DNA of 64,000 nt from Naegleria gruberi (lineage: Eukaryota), in the NCBI GenBank assembly GCA_000004985.1, contig GG738856.1, one strand, 5' to 3'. Below are positions 1 through 11,369 of the stretch, piece by piece; within the stretch, counting starts at the first letter, position 1; the number at the start of each line of letters is the position of its first letter. The translations under genes were made by a program, and so were the position numbers. The notes under the pieces are model-generated. The model did no database searches. It worked only from the letters and a program-made list of their open reading frames with translations, and had not been told where the DNA came from.

Positions 1-3000
1 NNNNNNNNNNNNNNNNNNNNNNNNNNNNNNNNNNNNNNNNNNNNNNNNNNNNNNNNNNNNNNNNNNNNNNNNNNNNNNNNNNNNNNNNNNNNNNNNNNNN
101 NNNNNNNNNNNNNNNNNNNNNNNNNNNNNNNNNNNNNNNNNNNNNNNNNNNNNNNNNNNNNNNNNNNNNNNNNNNNNNNNNNNNNNNNNNNNNNNNNNNN
201 NNNNNNNNNNNNNNNNNNNNNNNNNNNNNNNNNNNNNNNNNNNNNNNNNNNNNNNNNNNNNNNNNNNNNNNNNNNNNNNNNNNNNNNNNNNNNNNNNNNN
301 NNNNNNNNNNNNNNNNNNNNNNNNNNNNNNNNNNNNNNNNNNNNNNNNNNNNNNNNNNNNNNNNNNNNNNNNNNNNNNNNNNNNNNNNNNNNNNNNNNNN
401 NNNNNNNNNNNNNNNNNNNNNNNNNNNNNNNNNNNNNNNNNNNNNNNNNNNNNNNNNNNNNNNNNNNNNNNNNNNNNNNNNNNNNNNNNNNNNNNNNNNN
501 NNNNNNNNNNNNNNNNNNNNNNNNNNNNNNNNNNNNNNNNNNNNNNNNNNNNNNNNNNNNNNNNNNNNNNNNNNNNNNNNNNNNNNNNNNNNNNNNNNNN
601 NNNNNNNNNNNNNNNNNNNNNNNNNNNNNNNNNNNNNNNNNNNNNNNNNNNNNNNNNNNNNNNNNNNNNNNNNNNNNNNNNNNNNNNNNNNNNNNNNNNN
701 NNNNNNNNNNNNNNNNNNNNNNNNNNNNNNNNNNNNNNNNNNNNNNNNNNNNNNNNNNNNNNNNNNNNNNNNNNNNNNNNNNNNNNNNNNNNNNNNNNNN
801 NNNNNNNNNNNNNNNNNNNNNNNNNNNNNNNNNNNNNNNNNNNNNNNNNNNNNNNNNNNNNNNNNNNNNNNNNNNNNNNNNNNNNNNNNNNNNNNNNNNN
901 NNNNNNNNNNNNNNNNNNNNNNNNNNNNNNNNNNNNNNNNNNNNNNNNNNNNNNNNNNNNNNNNNNNNNNNNNNNNNNNNNNNNNNNNNNNNNNNNNNNN
1001 NNNNNNNNNNNNNNNNNNNNNNNNNNNNNNNNNNNNNNNNNNNNNNNNNNNNNNNNNNNNNNNNNNNNNNNNNNNNNNNNNNNNNNNNNNNNNNNNNNNN
1101 NNNNNNNNNNNNNNNNNNNNNNNNNNNNNNNNNNNNNNNNNNNNNNNNNNNNNNNNNNNNNNNNNNNNNNNNNNNNNNNNNNNNNNNNNNNNNNNNNNNN
1201 NNNNNNNNNNNNNNNNNNNNNNNNNNNNNNNNNNNNNNNNNNNNNNNNNNNNNNNNNNNNNNNNNNNNNNNNNNNNNNNNNNNNNNNNNNNNNNNNNNNN
1301 NNNNNNNNNNNNNNNNNNNNNNNNNNNNNNNNNNNNNNNNNNNNNNNNNNNNNNNNNNNNNNNNNNNNNNNNNNNNNNNNNNNNNNNNNNNNNNNNNNNN
1401 NNNNNNNNNNNNNNNNNNNNNNNNNNNNNNNNNNNNNNNNNNNNNNNNNNNNNNNNNNNNNNNNNNNNNNNNNNNNNNNNNNNNNNNNNNNNNNNNNNNN
1501 NNNNNNNNNNNNNNNNNNNNNNNNNNNNNNNNNNNNNNNNNNNNNNNNNNNNNNNNNNNNNNNNNNNNNNNNNNNNNNNNNNNNNNNNNNNNNNNNNNNN
1601 NNNNNNNNNNNNNNNNNNNNNNNNNNNNNNNNNNNNNNNNNNNNNNNNNNNNNNNNNNNNNNNNNNNNNNNNNNNNNNNNNNNNNNNNNNNNNNNNNNNN
1701 NNNNNNNNNNNNNNNNNNNNNNNNNNNNNNNNNNNNNNNNNNNNNNNNNNNNNNNNNNNNNNNNNNNNNNNNNNNNNNNNNNNNNNNNNNNNNNNNNNNN
1801 NNNNNNNNNNNNNNNNNNNNNNNNNNNNNNNNNNNNNNNNNNNNNNNNNNNNNNNNNNNNNNNNNNNNNNNNNNNNNNNNNNNNNNNNNNNNNNNNNNNN
1901 NNNNNNNNNNNNNNNNNNNNNNNNNNNNNNNNNNNNNNNNNNNNNNNNNNNNNNNNNNNNNNNNNNNNNNNNNNNNNNNNNNNNNNNNNNNNNNNNNNNN
2001 NNNNNNNNNNNNNNNNNNNNNNNNNNNNNNNNNNNNNNNNNNNNNNNNNNNNNNNNNNNNNNNNNNNNNNNNNNNNNNNNNNNNNNNNNNNNNNNNNNNN
2101 NNNNNNNNNNNNNNNNNNNNNNNNNNNNNNNNNNNNNNNNNNNNNNNNNNNNNNNNNNNNNNNNNNNNNNNNNNNNNNNNNNNNNNNNNNNNNNNNNNNN
2201 NNNNNNNNNNNNNNNNNNNNNNNNNNNNNNNNNNNNNNNNNNNNNNNNNNNNNNNNNNNNNNNNNNNNNNNNNNNNNNNNNNNNNNNNNNNNNNNNNNNN
2301 NNNNNNNNNNNNNNNNNNNNNNNNNNNNNNNNNNNNNNNNNNNNNNNNNNNNNNNNNNNNNNNNNNNNNNNNNNNNNNNNNNNNNNNNNNNNNNNNNNNN
2401 NNNNNNNNNNNNNNNNNNNNNNNNNNNNNNNNNNNNNNNNNNNNNNNNNNNNNNNNNNNNNNNNNNNNNNNNNNNNNNNNNNNNNNNNNNNNNNNNNNNN
2501 NNNNNNNNNNNNNNNNNNNNNNNNNNNNNNNNNNNNNNNNNNNNNNNNNNNNNNNNNNNNNNNNNNNNNNNNNNNNNNNNNNNNNNNNNNNNNNNNNNNN
2601 NNNNNNNNNNNNNNNNNNNNNNNNNNNNNNNNNNNNNNNNNNNNNNNNNNNNNNNNNNNNNNNNNNNNNNNNNNNNNNNNNNNNNNNNNNNNNNNNNNNN
2701 NNNNNNNNNNNNNNNNNNNNNNNNNNNNNNNNNNNNNNNNNNNNNNNNNNNNNNNNNNNNNNNNNNNNNNNNNNNNNNNNNNNNNNNNNNNNNNNNNNNN
2801 NNNNNNNNNNNNNNNNNNNNNNNNNNNNNNNNNNNNNNNNNNNNNNNNNNNNNNNNNNNNNNNNNNNNNNNNNNNNNNNNNNNNNNNNNNNNNNNNNNNN
2901 NNNNNNNNNNNNNNNNNNNNNNNNNNNNNNNNNNNNNNNNNNNNNNNNNNNNNNNNNNNNNNNNNNNNNNNNNNNNNNNNNNNNNNNNNNNNNNNNNNNN

Positions 3001-3600
3001 NNNNNNNNNNNNNNNNNNNNNNNNNNNNNNNNNNNNNNNNNNNNNNNNNNNNNNNNNNNNNNNNNNNNNNNNNNNNNNNNNNNNNNNNNNNNNNNNNNNN
3101 NNNNNNNNNNNNNNNNNNNNNNNNNNNNNNNNNNNNNNNNNNNNNNNNNNNNNNNNNNNNNNNNNNNNNNNNNNNNNNNNNNNNNNNNNNNNNNNNNNNN
3201 NNNNNNNNNNNNNNNNNNNNNNNNNNNNNNNNNNNNNNNNNNNNNNNNNNNNNNNNNNNNNNNNNNNNNNNNNNNNNNNNNNNNNNNNNNNNNNNNNNNN
3301 NNNNNNNNNNNNNNNNNNNNNNNNNNNNNNNNNNNNNNNNNNNNNNNNNNNNNNNNNNNNNNNNNNNNNNNNNNNNNNNNNNNNNNNNNNNNNNNNNNNN
3401 NNNNNNNNNNNNNNNNNNNNNNNNNNNNNNNNNNNNNNNNNNNNNNNNNNNNNNNNNNNNNNNNNNNNNNNNNNNNNNNNNNNNNNNNNNNNNNNNNNNN
3501 NNNNNNNNNNNNNNNNNNNNNNNNNNNNNNNNNNNNNNNNNNNNNNNNNNNNNNNNNNNNNNNNNNNNNNNNNNNNNNNNNNNNNNNNNNNNNNNNNNNN
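1..3600. other. assembly gap (run of N)
   Basis: 3600 consecutive n. It abuts a 99-nt tandem-repeat coding region, so the gap probably reflects unresolved repeat copies. Confidence 0.99.
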
Positions 3601-4230
3601 ATTCATTTGATGCATATACAAGTGCTCTACCATCTTCTCTAACCACTTCCAGCACAACTTGTTTATCATTCTTCCATTCATCAGATGCATGTTCATGTGC
3701 TCTACCATCTTGTTTAACTGCTTCCAGTACTATTTCCATATCATTCTTCAATTCATCTGATGCGTATTCAAGTGCTCGACCATTTTTTTTAACTGCTTCC
3801 AGAACAATTTCATGGTCATTTCTCAATTCATCAGATGCATATCGAAGTGCTGAACCATCTTGTCTAACTACTTCCAGAACAATTTGTTTGTCATTCTTCC
3901 ATTCATCAGATGCATAACCAACTGCCCAACTATCTTGTTTACTAGCCTCCAATACAAATTCCATATCACTCTTCAATTCGTCGGATGCATATCGAAGTGC
4001 ACTACCATTTTTTTTTACAGCCGTTAAAACAATTTGTTTGTCATTTCTCAATTCATTTGATGCGTATTCAAGTGCCTCACCCTCTTGTTTGACAGCTTCC
4101 AGAACAATTTCATGATCATTTCTCAATTCATTTGATGCATATTCAAGTGTTGAACCATCTTGTTTGACAGCTTCCAAAACAACTTCCCTATCATTCTTCA
4201 ATTCATCAGATGCAAAGGTAAGCAAACAGC
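3601..4230. repeat. 99-nt tandem repeat (about 6.4 copies, roughly 80% identity) encoding 33-aa repeats
   Basis: Units of the form ttcatcagatgcat...tcaagtgct...accatcttgtttaactgcttccagaacaatttg recur every 99 nt and continue into the N gap. Confidence 0.85.
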
Positions 4231-4531
4231 CGAGATTTCTAACTACTTCCTTGATGACTTGTTTGTCATTCTTGAATGCATCGGCTACACTCTCGAAATT
4301 GTGAGAGAATTTTTTGAAGTAATCCATCACGAAGGATCTATCGTGCATGAATTCGATTGGAAGAAATCGATCATCCACCCTATCACGATTATCCATCCAT
4401 TTGATCAAATCTGTTTGATAATTGTGGAACTTGTTTAGTAGATTTGAATAACATGTTCCAATTCCGAAATCTATTAACTCAATAATGACAGAACAAGTTT
4501 TGCAGTCATCATTGTGTTGTTGTTGGGACAT
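3601..4531 (-). CDS. DUF4116-like 33-aa tandem-repeat protein, 3'-partial (runs into the gap)
   Basis: Minus-strand translation from the ATG at 4531..4529 gives MSQQQHNDDCKTCSVIIELIDFG..., then at least six 33-aa repeats of the form ALEYASDELKNDxEIVLEAVKQDGR(A). The frame is still open at 3601 where the N run begins. The repeat consensus resembles the DUF4116 family (named from memory, not searched). The plus-strand ORF 4160..4438 in the track is its antisense artefact. Confidence 0.7.
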
Positions 4532-4781
4532 TTTTTCGGATCTTAATTCCAAGTTTCGGCAGGATTACAAAACGAATGAGACCAACGGTCCAGTTCATTA
4601 ACAGGTTTGACTTGTTTGACCATTACATCCACCTTTTCTTGAATCCACCAGACAAGGGAATAAGTTAAATACAAATATTTAAAGTTGGTGCAATTCGAGA
4701 TCTAAAGGAAGTTAATACCGATCAGGTTCCTTTAAATTTTCAAAGTTCAAACTAAACAATTCGAAACTTCACATAAAAAAA

Positions 4782-6263
4782 ATGCCTCATCACAATCCAA
4801 ATAAATACATTAAATTCAACTCTCTAGCAGCCTGCATTCAGGACGACTATTATCCCATTGACGAAAGGGATGCCTATGAAGGATATGAGGACATTGATAG
4901 ATTTCAGGTTTTTAAAAGAATAATTCCTTTCGCCTTGATTCTCTATTCAGAGGAGGAAAAGAAATTTATATTCCAGACAAATTTGAAAGATGTGTGTCCA
5001 CAGAATACATCTCCAAAGTATTTACTTGTTCAACTTCAAGATTATTGCGATTTTAAACTTGCATTGATCAAGTTAGGTCAATTGGGGTTTTTTATGGATC
5101 GATCAAAGTTTATTATTTTGAAATATGTTTCTGAGAGAAGTGGAATATGTAAGAAATTTTATTCTTACCGCTCTTCTTTGCTATCTATTCAGGAATATTC
5201 CAATTCTGGTATTGAGTTATATATTTCTGATTGTGAGAAAATTTCAAAATTGAAAATTGACTTGTGTCAAGAAGATATTCTGAAAACAGAGATCAAATAC
5301 AGCTATTGTATAGGATCATCCTTAATTCCTTATAGACATTGGGCGAGCCATTTCTCATTTGACCACTCTGTTTCATTTTCATCTCAAATTATTAGAAATG
5401 GCCAAAGAGAGAATATTTATTTAGACTTTGATATCTCTCTGTTTCATTACGAAAATGCTACTCAACATATTGAATTTATGTGTGAACACCATTTTGAAAC
5501 CAAATATAGTTTACTAGTCAATCAGGAAAACAATGAAATATTTATAATGAGCTTTCTTCATAATTTCGAATTTCACAAAATGGAATTTTCACCAGATGAT
5601 AATTCATATCAAATGAATCCAGTTCATTTTGAAAGCAATGAGGATTGTAACTTTCGAGATATGTATGCAACCTCGTGTGCCATAACCAATAGCAAGTATT
5701 TGGTTATTATTCATGTGAATAGATGTAACATGAAGAGTGAAACATATCAGGAATTCTTCACTTCTGATGAGGTGAGGTGGATGCTTGTGGATTTGAACTC
5801 ATACAGTGTGAAAAGAGTTTATCCAATTGTTTATAATATTGAAAAGTTAAAGATGCTACAAATTTCCTCTGATGGTTTCCAAAGAGTTGAAAAAAGACCA
5901 CGGACAACCCAACTTTATTTGCAAGATGGTGATTTGAATGGTGGACGTACCGATTCTTCCTTAATTAATCGTACCTCTATTTCTCAAATCCGAATCAATG
6001 ATGGATTTGAACCAGAATTTTCACACCTATTTGCATTCAGACCATTTCAACATAATCCTGAACTATTTCAAGTCCACCTATCAGTTTCCTTAAATACACT
6101 TCATTCCTCATATAGCGACACTAAGATTAATAAGAAAAAGTATGGACACTTCTTTAGATTTTATTTCAAGTTTTCTAATGAAGCCACTTGCATCTTGGAA
6201 AGGTTATTGAAATTTGTAAGAGAAGGTCACTTTTCAGATGTCTCAATATCAATCAAGGAGTGA
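4782..6263 (+). CDS. hypothetical protein (493 aa, single exon, no recognisable domain)
   Basis: A 1.48-kb uninterrupted ORF in AT-rich sequence is statistically unlikely by chance. The start sits in an aaaaaaaATG context and composition is not biased. I could not recognise any motif. Confidence 0.55.
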   Translation: MPHHNPNKYIKFNSLAACIQDDYYPIDERDAYEGYEDIDRFQVFKRIIPFALILYSEEEKKFIFQTNLKDVCPQNTSPKYLLVQLQDYCDFKLALIKLGQLGFFMDRSKFIILKYVSERSGICKKFYSYRSSLLSIQEYSNSGIELYISDCEKISKLKIDLCQEDILKTEIKYSYCIGSSLIPYRHWASHFSFDHSVSFSSQIIRNGQRENIYLDFDISLFHYENATQHIEFMCEHHFETKYSLLVNQENNEIFIMSFLHNFEFHKMEFSPDDNSYQMNPVHFESNEDCNFRDMYATSCAITNSKYLVIIHVNRCNMKSETYQEFFTSDEVRWMLVDLNSYSVKRVYPIVYNIEKLKMLQISSDGFQRVEKRPRTTQLYLQDGDLNGGRTDSSLINRTSISQIRINDGFEPEFSHLFAFRPFQHNPELFQVHLSVSLNTLHSSYSDTKINKKKYGHFFRFYFKFSNEATCILERLLKFVREGHFSDVSISIKE

Positions 6264-6441
6264 TAGACGAGAAAATTCATAATCTATTTCAGGAATGATT
6301 CTTCATCATTACTCTGTGGAGGACTTGATACGAAACAATTCATTTCACTTTTCCTTACCTACACTAATAGATTTTTCATTCAAATTCTTCCTGTTATTAA
6401 TAAATTTGACAGATTTTTATTTTCTTGTTATACCTGCCTTC

Positions 6442-7549
6442 CTAATCTTGAAGTAATCTTCCATAGGTCTTGGCTTGTCTTTGATTGAGGAGTGGGAAAG
6501 CCTCTCTCCACAATCTCATTTGTTCAAAATCAAGTTCAGCAACTAATACGCTAGGTGTATCCCTTGGAGCTTCTTCCAACATCTGAATCATATTTCACAC
6601 ATTCGATTTTAATCATATTTCCAATAATCTATGTTAAACTTACCTTTCCTCCTGGTGCACAAATAAATGAAGACCCATAAAAGAAGAATTCAAATTCTTC
6701 CTTCAATTGAGTATTATTCTTTTCATTATATTCTCTAATTGCCTTGCTGACATTTGGACCAGCACTTTGTTTTCCAACTCTATTAGCAGCAGCAATGAAA
6801 ACTCCATTACAAATAGAATGAGAAACCATCATGGTTTTCCATTGTGGTTGAGTGTCCAAATCTTGATAGAGTGGTTCATTTCCAATACATGTTGGATAGA
6901 GAACCAATTCAGCTCCTTTCAATGCATAAATTCTGGCAAGTTCAGGAAACCACTGATCATAACAAGTTGGCACAGCAATCTTAATTAGACCAGTATCATG
7001 AACTGGATAATCATCATATCCTGCCTCGAAGAAATCAACTTCATTATAAGCAGGTCCTTCAGGAATATGTTGTTTTCTAGTCTTTCCAATCAATTGACCC
7101 TTTTCATTCACAATAATTGAAGTGTTATAATAATTAGTAGTGGAATTGCCTGTTTCATCATTTGTGTGAATAAATTTCTCAAATAAACTTCCAACAATAA
7201 TCACCTTATTGGATATGGCCAATTCACGACAGAATTGCAAAGTTCTCGACAATTGTCCAATCTCTTCATCGTGTCTTGTAGTTACTTGTTCCGAATTTTC
7301 ATTCTTTTCCAAAATAGCAACAGCTTGCATTAAATTCTCAGCTTGATCAAAGGTTTCTGGATTTAATTCCTTGGAGAGATCACCTGGATATCTCATCATG
7401 AACACCTCTTGGAGTAGAATGATTTGTGCATTTGCATTTGCTGCTTGTTTAACTTTATGTGAAATGTCTGATTTCAAGACAGTTAAATCTTCTGTCCAAT
7501 GACATTGAATGACACCTAACTTTACATTGGGACGATTGGAAGCACTCAT
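6442..7549 (-). CDS. carbon-nitrogen hydrolase, N-carbamoylputrescine amidase-like (AguB/NLP1-type), 2 exons
   Basis: Exons 7549..6644 and 6582..6442; intron 6583..6643 (GTAAGT...CAG, 61 nt). The catalytic E-K-C triad contexts are present: LQEVF, TRKQHIPEGPAYNEVDFFEAG, and VPTCYDQWFPELARIYALKGAELVLYPTCIGNEP. FFFYGSSFICAPGGK is also present. The spliced C-terminus VLVAELDFEQMRLWREAF matches the plant/bacterial enzyme tail. Confidence 0.75.
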
Positions 7550-7768
7550 TTCGAAATGAGTTGAGAATTTTTTTATGTTCAGAATTTAGGAGTTTTTATT
7601 GGTGTGGTGAGAATCTTGAGAGATTACAATAAGATATCTGATAGTCGTGGGTAAATTGCTTTATTTGGATTGGTTTCTAATGGAATGGTCACCTCATATA
7701 ATCTTTCTCATTCTATTAAGGATTGGTTCTCAATATAAGTGCAATTTTAAATATTTAATTTGTTGAAT

Positions 7769-8801
7769 TTACTTGGAAATTAGTTCTGAATCGGCTTCTC
7801 TGTTCAATGCTCTCGAAATTTCTATTTGAGAGAGTGAAAAAATATCGGTATCTAGGTGAGGTCGAATGGTTGTCTCTGATTGAGATTTGAAAATGTAAAT
7901 ATTCGTATTATTAAAAACAAAATTGAGAAGGTATTTCTCATGCTCGTCATGTGTTTTCTTTTTGTGGAATACCAATTTGGTTGATGAGCTAGCATCATCT
8001 TGATTCGAAAGAATGATTTGCTTTTTCGAATCGACTGAGTAAGCATCCTTAAGAAGTGCAGTCTTGAGTGGTAATTGATTCGAAAGTAAAACAATATTTT
8101 CCAATTGATCCTTATTTTCCATCAATAAATTGTAATACATTGAAAATGCACAATGTGGCATATAAACAAATGTCTTGTCATTCATTCGTCTCTTACATTC
8201 TTCATTAGTCATAATCCACTCAATCGAATACTTTTCCTTTAGGTAGGTATATAACTTGTTTCTATTTTCCTCATCCATTTTAATTTCAAAAATTGGATCA
8301 TACATGAAACATTGAATATGTTTCTTGTTGATTCATCTTCTCCTTAAGCCTTTCCAATAGAGAAAGTAATACTTTAAATTGTGAAAGTGCAATTTTATCC
8401 GTAACAAAATCTCCAATTCCATAACAAATCACCTGATGAGTAATATATTGATAATTATCATTGATGAAACAATTTAATATAAATTCAGATAATTTCTCTC
8501 TGACTTTTTCCAATTGGCTCTCAAATCGTATTGGATTAAACTCTATTAAATCTATCATCATCTTTCCTCCATGCGTACCCAATGAATTATTTGGATTTTG
8601 TTGTTCTTGTTCTGCTTGAGCCAATACTTTTCGTTTCTTTTTCCATGATGAAGCCATCATGAGAGCTTGTTGAGTATTATTTCCTCTCCTCTGATTGTTA
8701 TTATTATTATTGTTCGATACGATAGTAAATCCTCCATCGAGCATAATTGTCTCATGTGTTGTTGTTGGTTGCTCGGAATTTATGTTTGAATGTTGGCTCA
8801 T
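7769..8801 (-). CDS. SRR1-like protein, reading frame interrupted by an apparent 1-nt frameshift near 8298-8305
   Basis: The upstream ORF carries ICYGIGDF. The downstream ORF carries YDPIF...TFVYMPHCAFSMYYNLLMEN, which are the SRR1-domain motifs in correct order. The two ORFs overlap by 8 nt (atgtatga) in different frames, and no GT..AG intron can join them in frame. Confidence 0.55.
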
Positions 8802-9008
8802 TTTTCTTTCTTTTATATTATTGAATTGTTATTATTTAATAATTCATTCTTTGATCAATTTGAAAGTTGTTATTAAAAGAGACGGAAATTCACAGTTAGC
8901 TAACTGGTGGCTGAACATGTTTTTCTTTTGTAAAATACATTGTCAATATACTATTGAACACTGGAACTCATTCACTTGTTTAAAAATAAACTAAAAAAAC
9001 GAGCAAAA

Positions 9009-9320
9009 ATGAGCCACGCACCAGAAGTTGATATGATGGAAGGTAAGTGATCAAAGCCAAGATTGATGGCAAACTCACACAATCATAATGATCAGATTCT
9101 GACTTTGATCCAGAAATGTTGGATCAAGACGAATTTATTGATCTTGTTGGAGGAGAATCAGGTGAAGCCGGAAAGAACATTCAACAAATTTTGAAGGACT
9201 CTCTAGTGGATAAAGACTTTTATAATGGTATGTACTCGTAATTTGTTAGAGTAGTTATTGACTGTCTTTTCTATTCATCCAGATTTCGATGATGATTTTG
9301 ATGATGAAGACTTGAAATAA
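9009..9320 (+). CDS. small acidic protein (67 aa), 3 exons
   Basis: Exons 9009..9042, 9096..9227 and 9283..9320. Introns 9043..9095 (GTAAGT..CAG) and 9228..9282 (GTATGT..CAG) keep the frame: MSHAPEVDMMED|SDFDPEMLDQDEFIDLVGGESGEAGKNIQQILKDSLVDKDFYN|DFDDDFDDEDLK. No family assignment. Confidence 0.55.
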
Positions 9321-9415
9321 GTCATCAGCAATAGTACTATAACAATTTTTTGTATATAATAATAACAATTTGTACAACATAATACACCACCTAATATTTA
9401 CAAGACTACACGGAT

Positions 9416-10544
9416 CTATTTTTTGGCACCAGGTATGACTGTTCTCTTTGCTTCTGCTCTTCTTTTAGCCTCTGTTGAATAACCATTAGCGAGTTGTTCA
9501 GTCGTTTTCAATTCAATCTTCTGGAGAACCTTCTTTCCTCTAACATTCTCCCAAGGATTCTTTTCCTCTCTTGCAAAATCATCAAGTTCTACTCCTGATT
9601 TTAATTTACTAGTTCATCATGGTCGATCGATTATTATTGTTGGAAAGTGAAAATACTTACATTGCAGCCAATTTGGATGAATTGGAATTTGGTTGAACCA
9701 TCTTGGAATAGTGACCGAATGGTGTAGCATCAAGTTTATCGTATTGTTCTACACCTAGCATGTCTTGTTTTCTCATATTGGATGATACCATCTTGGTTTC
9801 ACCTGGCTTTTTAGTCTTGTATTTAAAGGTATCTTTTGTCAATTCGAAAGGATCGTATTCATCCTCAAGAACAATATCTCTGAATACACCACCATTATTC
9901 TTATGTTTGTGATTGAGCCTATTGAGATATTCTTCAAACTTTAAACGTCTCTTCTTTTTTACTTCTTCAAATGGTAATTTGGCAAGATGTTCATCAATTT
10001 GATTCTGAATTGGATCAAAGACTCTTTCACACCACTCCTCGTAAATTTGTTGTCTCTTTCTCTCATCACCTTCCTCATAGGCAGCTAATTTTTCATTAAT
10101 GTCTTTCAAGAAGGTTTCTCTCTCCTCTAGAATATCATTCCACAACTCTTGAAACTTCTTTTCCGATTCCAGTTGCTTTTTAGACCTGATTTTTGCTGTT
10201 GTATCTTTAATCTTTTGAAAGTAAGCCTCTGTTTGTTGTTTCTTTTCCTCCTTCATAGTTTCCATCCTTGTTGTATTATTCTTGTTGTTTGTGGATGAGG
10301 TACCACTTGATGTTTTCCTTAGGGGAGCACTATTAGTCTTTTCTGGTTTTAATGTTTGGTCCACAGAAGAAGGTTTTTGAGGTGAAGGAATATAAACTTC
10401 TTCATTGGGATCAACATAATCATCAGGATAAACAATTCCATCAATAAGTTCCTTATACAATGTGGCATCATGAACAAAAAGTTGAGGTGATGTTAGTTGT
10501 TGAGGCGAATCGAGGGTTTGTTGTTTCGCCCTTGATGTTTGCAT
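9416..10544 (-). CDS. hypothetical charged coiled-coil protein, 2 exons
   Basis: Exons 10544..9661 and 9608..9416; intron 9609..9660 (GTAAGT...AG, 52 nt). The track ORF stop TAA is actually part of the donor GTAAGT. The spliced tail ...KLAAIKLKSGVELDDFAREEKNPWENVRGKK... stays open to the TAG at 9418..9416. The protein is K/E-rich and predicted coiled-coil. Confidence 0.55.
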
Positions 10545-10706
10545 TTTTATTTGTAGTTGGAATGTCGTTATTAAAGCGCCAAAATCAAAGATTTCAAATT
10601 TTTAAATATATTTATGATTTGGATTTATTGTTCTGTACAGTGAAAATGCTTAGGGGTTTGAAAGATATTTGGGGAGTGAAATTTAAATTGTAAAACCTAG
10701 TTGAAT

Positions 10707-11243
10707 TTAGAATTCTTGAGATGAAGCAGCAGAAGTTTCTTCTGATGACTTCTTACTACTCTTTTTATCACTACCTTTCTTGGCTGTTTGACCAGTTGGC
10801 AACAAGATGCTGTGAATGTTTGGAAGGACACCTCCGGAAGCAATAATAACTTCGGACAAGAGCTTATTCAATTCTTCATCGTTTCTGATAGCCAATTGAA
10901 TGTGTCTTGGGACAATTCTACCCTTCTTGTTATCACGAGCAGCGTTACCTGCAAGTTCGAGAATTTCAGCAGCCAAGTATTCCAAAACAGCAGCCATGTA
11001 AACTGGAGCACCAGCACCAATTCTTTCAGCATATCTACCTTCCTTCAAATATCTAGCCAAACGACCGACTGGGAATTGGAGACCGGCTCTGTTTGATCTA
11101 GATTGTGGCTTGGACTTTGGTCCCTTATGGGCTGGACGAGTACCAATCTTTTTCTTATTCTTCTTGTCCTTTTTGGTAGAAGTCTTGGTTGTGGTTTCTT
11201 CTTGTTCTTCTTCTGGGATGTTCTTTTCTGGTGAGGCTGGCAT
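10707..11243 (-). CDS. H2AX: histone H2A.X variant with an extended N-terminus
   Basis: Canonical H2A core: [77 protein letters not shown]. The C-terminal ...AASSQEF* is the SQ[E/D]-hydrophobic H2A.X motif. About 35 extra N-terminal residues ([32 protein letters not shown]). AATAAA lies about 100 nt downstream and no histone stem-loop was found. Confidence 0.9.
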   Translation of the reverse strand: MPASPEKNIPEEEQEETTTKTSTKKDKKNKKKIGTRPAHKGPKSKPQSRSNRAGLQFPVGRLARYLKEGRYAERIGAGAPVYMAAVLEYLAAEILELAGNAARDNKKGRIVPRHIQLAIRNDEELNKLLSEVIIASGGVLPNIHSILLPTGQTAKKGSDKKSSKKSSEETSAASSQEF

Positions 11244-11359
11244 TGTTAATGTTTTAGTTTAATGTTATTTTTTTGTTATTTGATTATTGTCAAGCAAGTG
11301 GAAGCTGATTTAAACGAAGAAAAAACGTAACAATTTTTTTGCGTTGTAATCTCATTTCA

Positions 11360-11369
11360 TTTGGCGCGC
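11360..11369. promoter_or_regulatory. E2F-like site TTTGGCGCGC in the divergent H2A.X/midasin promoter
   Basis: A GC-rich 10-mer in otherwise AT-rich intergenic DNA that matches the TTTSGCGC E2F consensus. It lies about 115 bp upstream of the H2A.X ATG. Confidence 0.4.

Noticed and set aside
3601-4230. Regular 99-nt direct repeats, which could be mistaken for a CRISPR-like array
   Set aside because: This is eukaryotic and the repeats are in frame, encoding 33-aa protein repeats. There are no spacers and no prokaryotic context.
4160-4438. Plus-strand 92-aa ORF
   Set aside because: Antisense to the DUF4116-like repeat gene, and the repeat periodicity keeps it open.
10600-10706. Searched the H2A.X 3' flank for a histone stem-loop (GGCYCTTYTNAGRGCC)
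   Set aside because: None present. AATAAA is about 100 nt downstream instead, so the transcript is presumably polyadenylated.
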